DNA of 64,000 nucleotides from an uncultured Legionellaceae bacterium (GTDB lineage Bacteria; Pseudomonadota; Gammaproteobacteria; UBA6186; Azoamicaceae): NCBI GenBank assembly GCA_964351705.1, contig CAYGPC010000002.1, positions 46,602 to 110,601 of the forward strand, read 5' to 3'. Shown piece by piece: positions 60,073 to 64,000 of this stretch (position 1 is its first letter; each line of letters starts with the position of its first letter). The notes under the pieces were generated by a model. It saw only the letters and a program-made list of their open reading frames with translations, ran no database searches and was not told where the DNA came from. The position numbers and the translations under genes were made by a program.

Positions 60073-61048
60073 AATAGCTCCTGTACCACTCTACGAAGTT
60101 CTGCAAGCCTTCTTCAATATTTGTTTTGGGTAAAAAGTTAAAATCGTGGGTGGTTTCAGTAATATCGGCAATAGTGGCTTTAACATCCCCAGGCTGTATA
60201 GGTTCGAAACGGATTTTTGCTTTTTTACCTAAGGCTTTCTCGAGCGCTTTAATAAAATCCATGAGTTCTTCGGTTTGATCGTTGCCGATGTTATACAGAC
60301 GAGCAGGTACAGCGTTCGGATCTTTTACGGTTTCTGCGGGTGGAATATCCAGGCAGCTGATAACTCCCTGAACAATGTCATCAATATAGGTAAAATTTCG
60401 TTTCATATCACCATGGTTAAAAACGGAAATTTCCTCTTCGGCTAGAATGGCTTTGGTGAAAAGAAAAGCAGACATATCCGGTCGTCCCCAAGGGCCGTAG
60501 ACGGTGAAGAATCGTAGCCCAGTGGTTGGGATCTGATAGAGGTGGCTATAGGTATATGCAGATAATTCACAAGAACGTTTCGTGGCAGCGTAAAGTGACA
60601 TCGGCTGCTCTACTGGATCTTTTATTGAGAAAGGTAGTTTTGTATTTGCTCCGTATACGGATGAGCTGCTGGCATACACACAGTGTTTAATGGGTAATGC
60701 TTTGCATGCTTCTAATACAGTGACTTGCCCGGTAACATTGGCTTCTATATAAGCATGCGGATTGGTCAATGAGTATCGGACACCCGCTTGTGCAGCAAGA
60801 TGTATTACGCGATCAATATTAGGGTGTTTTTTAACAATAGGATCTAAGCTGGTTTTATCTGCTAAATCAAGTTGGTAGAAACTAAAACCTTGGTGTTGCT
60901 TTAACAGGTCAAGACGTGAGTTTTTCAGTGTAACATCGTAGTAATCGTTTAAGTTATCAAGACCAATGATGTTCTCTCCACGGGCAAGTAAACGCTCACA
61001 AACATGGTAACCAATAAAGCCTGCGGCTCCAGTAACGAGAATGGTCAT
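60059..61048 (-). CDS. NAD-dependent nucleotide-sugar 4-epimerase (SDR family; UDP-glucuronate/UDP-GlcNAcA epimerase-like)
   Basis: ILVTGAAGFIGYH Rossmann motif and the YAATK catalytic motif. The start MTILVTG at 61048 is preferred. Confidence 0.9.
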   Translation of the reverse strand: MTILVTGAAGFIGYHVCERLLARGENIIGLDNLNDYYDVTLKNSRLDLLKQHQGFSFYQLDLADKTSLDPIVKKHPNIDRVIHLAAQAGVRYSLTNPHAYIEANVTGQVTVLEACKALPIKHCVYASSSSVYGANTKLPFSIKDPVEQPMSLYAATKRSCELSAYTYSHLYQIPTTGLRFFTVYGPWGRPDMSAFLFTKAILAEEEISVFNHGDMKRNFTYIDDIVQGVISCLDIPPAETVKDPNAVPARLYNIGNDQTEELMDFIKALEKALGKKAKIRFEPIQPGDVKATIADITETTHDFNFLPKTNIEEGLQNFVEWYRSYYVNQ

Positions 61049-61213
61049 GTGTAGAATGCTCCGGAAAAAGTGTTTTAATTGTTGATTGGAAGCATATCGA
61101 AAATACAGAGCAGCGTCTATGTTGAATGATAAGTTAGAAACCAAATTATCTTGAACCTCTGTTATCTGAGTTGTGGGAATGGTATTCTGGAAAGCTACTG
61201 TGGAGGTAACGGC

Positions 61214-61831
61214 ATGGATCTAACCATCGAGAAAAAGAAAGAATTGGAGACAGAGGTGCATGCTCAATTGAAAGCTTCAATTGAGACTAAAGAAGCACTT
61301 TTGCAAGGGGATTATGCGCAACAGTTGATTTCAATGGCTGAGCGAATAGCGCAATCTCTGAAGCAGGGCGGTAAACTAATGCTATGTGGAAATGGTGGAT
61401 CTGCTGCAGATGCTCAGCATTTAGCTGCCGAACTATTAGTTAGGTTGCGTTCGGATTTTAATCGAAAGTCTATACCGGCTATCTCATTGGCTTTAGATAC
61501 TTCGACTATTACCGCTTGTGCTAATGATTACGGTTATGAGCATTTATATGAACGTATGGTAGAAGGCTTGGGGAAACCAGAGGATGTATTATTGGGGATC
61601 ACTACCTCAGGTCGTTCACCCAATATACTGTTAGCGTTGGAAGCTGCACGGAAGCAAAATATAGCCACGATGGGTTTTTTAGGGGGAAGTGGTGGTCCAG
61701 CTTTAGATCTGTGTGAGATGGCTTTTGTTGTTCCGTCCGATCAAACCAATCGGATCCAAGAAGCGCATATTACAGCGGGTCATATCCTTATGGATTTAAT
61801 TGAGCAACTTGTTTTAGGCTCACCTAGTTAA
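61214..61831 (+). CDS. SIS-domain sugar-phosphate isomerase (GmhA-like phosphoheptose isomerase)
   Basis: LCGNGGSAADAQHLAAEL, ITTSGRSPN and EAHI..GH motifs of the GmhA family. The likely start is ATG 61214. Confidence 0.85.
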   Translation: MDLTIEKKKELETEVHAQLKASIETKEALLQGDYAQQLISMAERIAQSLKQGGKLMLCGNGGSAADAQHLAAELLVRLRSDFNRKSIPAISLALDTSTITACANDYGYEHLYERMVEGLGKPEDVLLGITTSGRSPNILLALEAARKQNIATMGFLGGSGGPALDLCEMAFVVPSDQTNRIQEAHITAGHILMDLIEQLVLGSPS

Positions 61832-63246
61832 CTGTTTTCTTTAATCCGTCCATAGGCATCTTCAATACGTACGATGTCATCTTCGCCTAAGTAAGATCCA
61901 GACTGTACTTCAATAAAGTGCAGTGGGATTTTTCCAGGGTTCTCGACTCGATGTTTTTGCCCCATAGGCAAATAAACCGAGTTGTTCTCATGCACTAGGA
62001 AGGTTTCGTCACCGCGTGTTACTTTGGCAATGCCTTCAACCACAACCCAATGCTCCGATCGGTGGTAGTGTATTTGGGTTGAAGTCATTTCACCGGGTTT
62101 TACCATAATGCGTTTTACTTGAAAGCGCTTATCGAGATCAATCGTTTCATAATAGCCCCATGGACGGTAAGCGCGTGTGTGGATATCGAGTTCACGGCGA
62201 TCAGATTGCTGTAAAGTTGCAATAAGCTCATGCATTTGATCAAGTGAATCACGATTAGCAATAAAGACGGCATCTTTAGTCGCTGTGACTAAAATATTAT
62301 CCAATCCCGACACGCAAACGAGGGGATGATGTGAGCGAATGTAAGAGTTTGTGACATTGTGTGCTGTGACGTCACCTACTATTGCATTTCCATCTTCGTC
62401 TTTTTCAGAAATAGACCATAGTGCATTCCAGGAACCCACATCGGACCATTCAATATTGAGTGGCGCAATACAAGCATTCTCGGTTTTTTCCATAACGGCG
62501 TGGTCAATGGAGAGGGCATTCTGTTTAGAGATGAAAGTGGAATCGAGACGTAAGAAATCCAAATCTTTTTTAGCAGTTGCTAATACTTGTTTGCAACTAT
62601 TCAGTAATTCAGGTTGCAGTTGCTTTAGTTCGTTTAGCATTGTTTTGACTTTAAACAAAAACATGCCACTGTTCCAGTAGTAATTCTTCTCAGATAAGAA
62701 TTTTTCAGCGGTTTCTTTATTAGGTTTTTCAGCAAAGTGAGAAACAGAGAACACATGTTTCTGATCATCTAACGCGCTACCCCTTTTAATATAGCCATAG
62801 TGTACGTCAGGATGCTGTGGCTGGATCCCAAAGGTGATAATTTTCCCCTTCTGCACAAAAGGGAGAGCTTGCTGTATAGCCGTGATAAGCGGTTCAGAAT
62901 CTTTAATATTGTGATCAGCTGGCAAAACCAAGAGATCTTCATTTGGATCACTTAATAGACAGGCAATGGCAATAGCCGCTGCTGTATTGCGTCCTTCAGT
63001 TTCTAATACGATGTGTGAAGGCGTTAAATTAATTTCTCGTAGTTGCTCTGCAACGAGAAATCGGTGTTCTTCATTGCAAATGACTAATGGCGGGTTAAAT
63101 TGTTCAGGAGCGGCTACGCGCAAAGCTGTTGCTTGAATGAGTGTGTTTTTGCCAACCAGCTCCCAATATTGTTTAGGAAATAAACTGCGTGAAAGCGGCC
63201 ATAGACGGGTTCCTCTTCCACCCGATAAAATAATAGGTGTAATCAT
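61828..63246 (-). CDS. manC: Mannose-1-phosphate guanylyltransferase / mannose-6-phosphate isomerase (bifunctional type II PMI-GMP)
   Basis: N-terminal ILSGGRGTRLWPLSR and a C-terminal cupin (RPWGYYE..QIHYHRSEHWVVV.G). Confidence 0.93.
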   Translation of the reverse strand: MITPIILSGGRGTRLWPLSRSLFPKQYWELVGKNTLIQATALRVAAPEQFNPPLVICNEEHRFLVAEQLREINLTPSHIVLETEGRNTAAAIAIACLLSDPNEDLLVLPADHNIKDSEPLITAIQQALPFVQKGKIITFGIQPQHPDVHYGYIKRGSALDDQKHVFSVSHFAEKPNKETAEKFLSEKNYYWNSGMFLFKVKTMLNELKQLQPELLNSCKQVLATAKKDLDFLRLDSTFISKQNALSIDHAVMEKTENACIAPLNIEWSDVGSWNALWSISEKDEDGNAIVGDVTAHNVTNSYIRSHHPLVCVSGLDNILVTATKDAVFIANRDSLDQMHELIATLQQSDRRELDIHTRAYRPWGYYETIDLDKRFQVKRIMVKPGEMTSTQIHYHRSEHWVVVEGIAKVTRGDETFLVHENNSVYLPMGQKHRVENPGKIPLHFIEVQSGSYLGEDDIVRIEDAYGRIKENS

Positions 63247-64000
63247 GACAAGTTCCTTAAATAATGCTCATAAGTGAATTTGATACCATCAGGTAATGTG
63301 GTTTTAGCACTCCATCCCAGAGCTTTGAGACGACTAATATCTAGAAGTTTCTGTGGGGTACCATCAGGCATAGTGGTGTCGTATTCAAACTGTCCTTGAT
63401 AGTTTAGGCTTTCTGACAATCTGTGCGCTAGCTCAGAAATTTTAATATCAGTCCCCACACCAATATTGATGGTTTTAGGATCTGAGTAGTGTTTCATGAG
63501 AAAAACACAAGCATCTGCTAGATCATCCACATAAAGAAATTCTCGACGTGGTGTTCCACTGCCCCAAATCGTTATTTTGGGCTCGTTATTTTTTTTTGCA
63601 GTGTGAATTTTTTGTAGTAGAGCAGGTAACACATGGCTGTTTTCAAGATCATAGTTATCGAAAGGGCCATACAAGTTTGTTGGCATACAGCTGATGAAAT
63701 CACAATGGTATTGTTGACGATAGGCCTCAACCATTTTCAAACCGGCAATTTTAGCAATAGCATACCCCTCATTGGTTGGTTCGAGGGTGCCGCTAAGAAG
63801 TGCTTCTTCAGCCATGGGTTGTGAGGCATGTTTAGGGTAGATACAGGACGAACCCAAAAACAATAGTTTTTCAACATGGTGTTCTTTGGCCGCGTGAATA
63901 ACGTGACTTGCAATTTGTAGGTTCTCATAGAGAAAAGCAGCAGGTTGCGAACGATTGGCCTGAATACCTCCCACCTTAGCGGCAGCGAGGAAAACCATAT
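63243..64000 (-). CDS. fcl: GDP-L-fucose synthase (partial; N-terminus beyond the window)
   Basis: AAKVGGIQAN..PAAFLYENL, catalytic YAIAK and WGSGTPRREFLYVDDLA. It overlaps the manC start. Confidence 0.9.
   Translation of the reverse strand, partial: MVFLAAAKVGGIQANRSQPAAFLYENLQIASHVIHAAKEHHVEKLLFLGSSCIYPKHASQPMAEEALLSGTLEPTNEGYAIAKIAGLKMVEAYRQQYHCDFISCMPTNLYGPFDNYDLENSHVLPALLQKIHTAKKNNEPKITIWGSGTPRREFLYVDDLADACVFLMKHYSDPKTINIGVGTDIKISELAHRLSESLNYQGQFEYDTTMPDGTPQKLLDISRLKALGWSAKTTLPDGIKFTYEHYLRNLS

Overview
This is a 64-kb chromosomal window from a low-GC gammaproteobacterium. Most of it is core housekeeping in classic gammaproteobacterial order. The blocks are: uvrB; recA-alaS-lysC-csrA-tRNASer-tRNAArg; mlaFEDCB-murA-pssA; holD-like-rimI; lipA-lipB-ybeD-dat-dacA-rlpA-mltB-rodA-mrdA-rsfS-holA-lptE-leuS; lnt / corC-ybeY-phoH-miaB-tRNAMet; gltX-tRNAAla-tRNAGlu; zapD-coaE-pilD-pilC-pilB plus two pilin genes; an ABC-2 exporter; and the start of an LPS/O-antigen sugar cluster (GT4, TviB/TviC-like pair, SIS isomerase, manC, fcl). 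The ankyrin-repeat ORF, the lysC-csrA arrangement and the absence of recX or a LexA box suggest a Legionellales-like intracellular or amoeba-associated organism. That placement is inference only. Four small accessory patches interrupt the core. (1) Downstream of tRNA-Arg lies an ankyrin-repeat gene bracketed exactly by an 11-bp direct repeat, next to a relic of a DUF4143-type ATPase gene. (2) A PD-(D/E)XK/DUF4351 (Rpn-like) gene sits between leuS and lnt. (3) A ~4-kb opposite-strand insertion splits lnt from corC. It encodes a 1117-aa acidic, coiled-coil protein with a central FH1-like polyproline tract, then a 17-bp perfect palindrome, a 72-aa RHH-like ORF and a 65-aa two-TM ORF. (4) Downstream of tRNA-Glu is a decayed toxin-antitoxin/abortive-infection patch: an intact AbrB-type antitoxin, a frameshifted PIN toxin and a doubly frameshifted AbiEi-like gene. 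It is followed by a 976-aa fused membrane/spermidine-synthase-like protein. The best candidate for something undescribed is patch 3, a possible host-cytoskeleton-targeting effector with its own small companion genes. No CRISPR array, rRNA, transposase or integrase was seen. All family assignments come from motif recognition by eye, with no database search.
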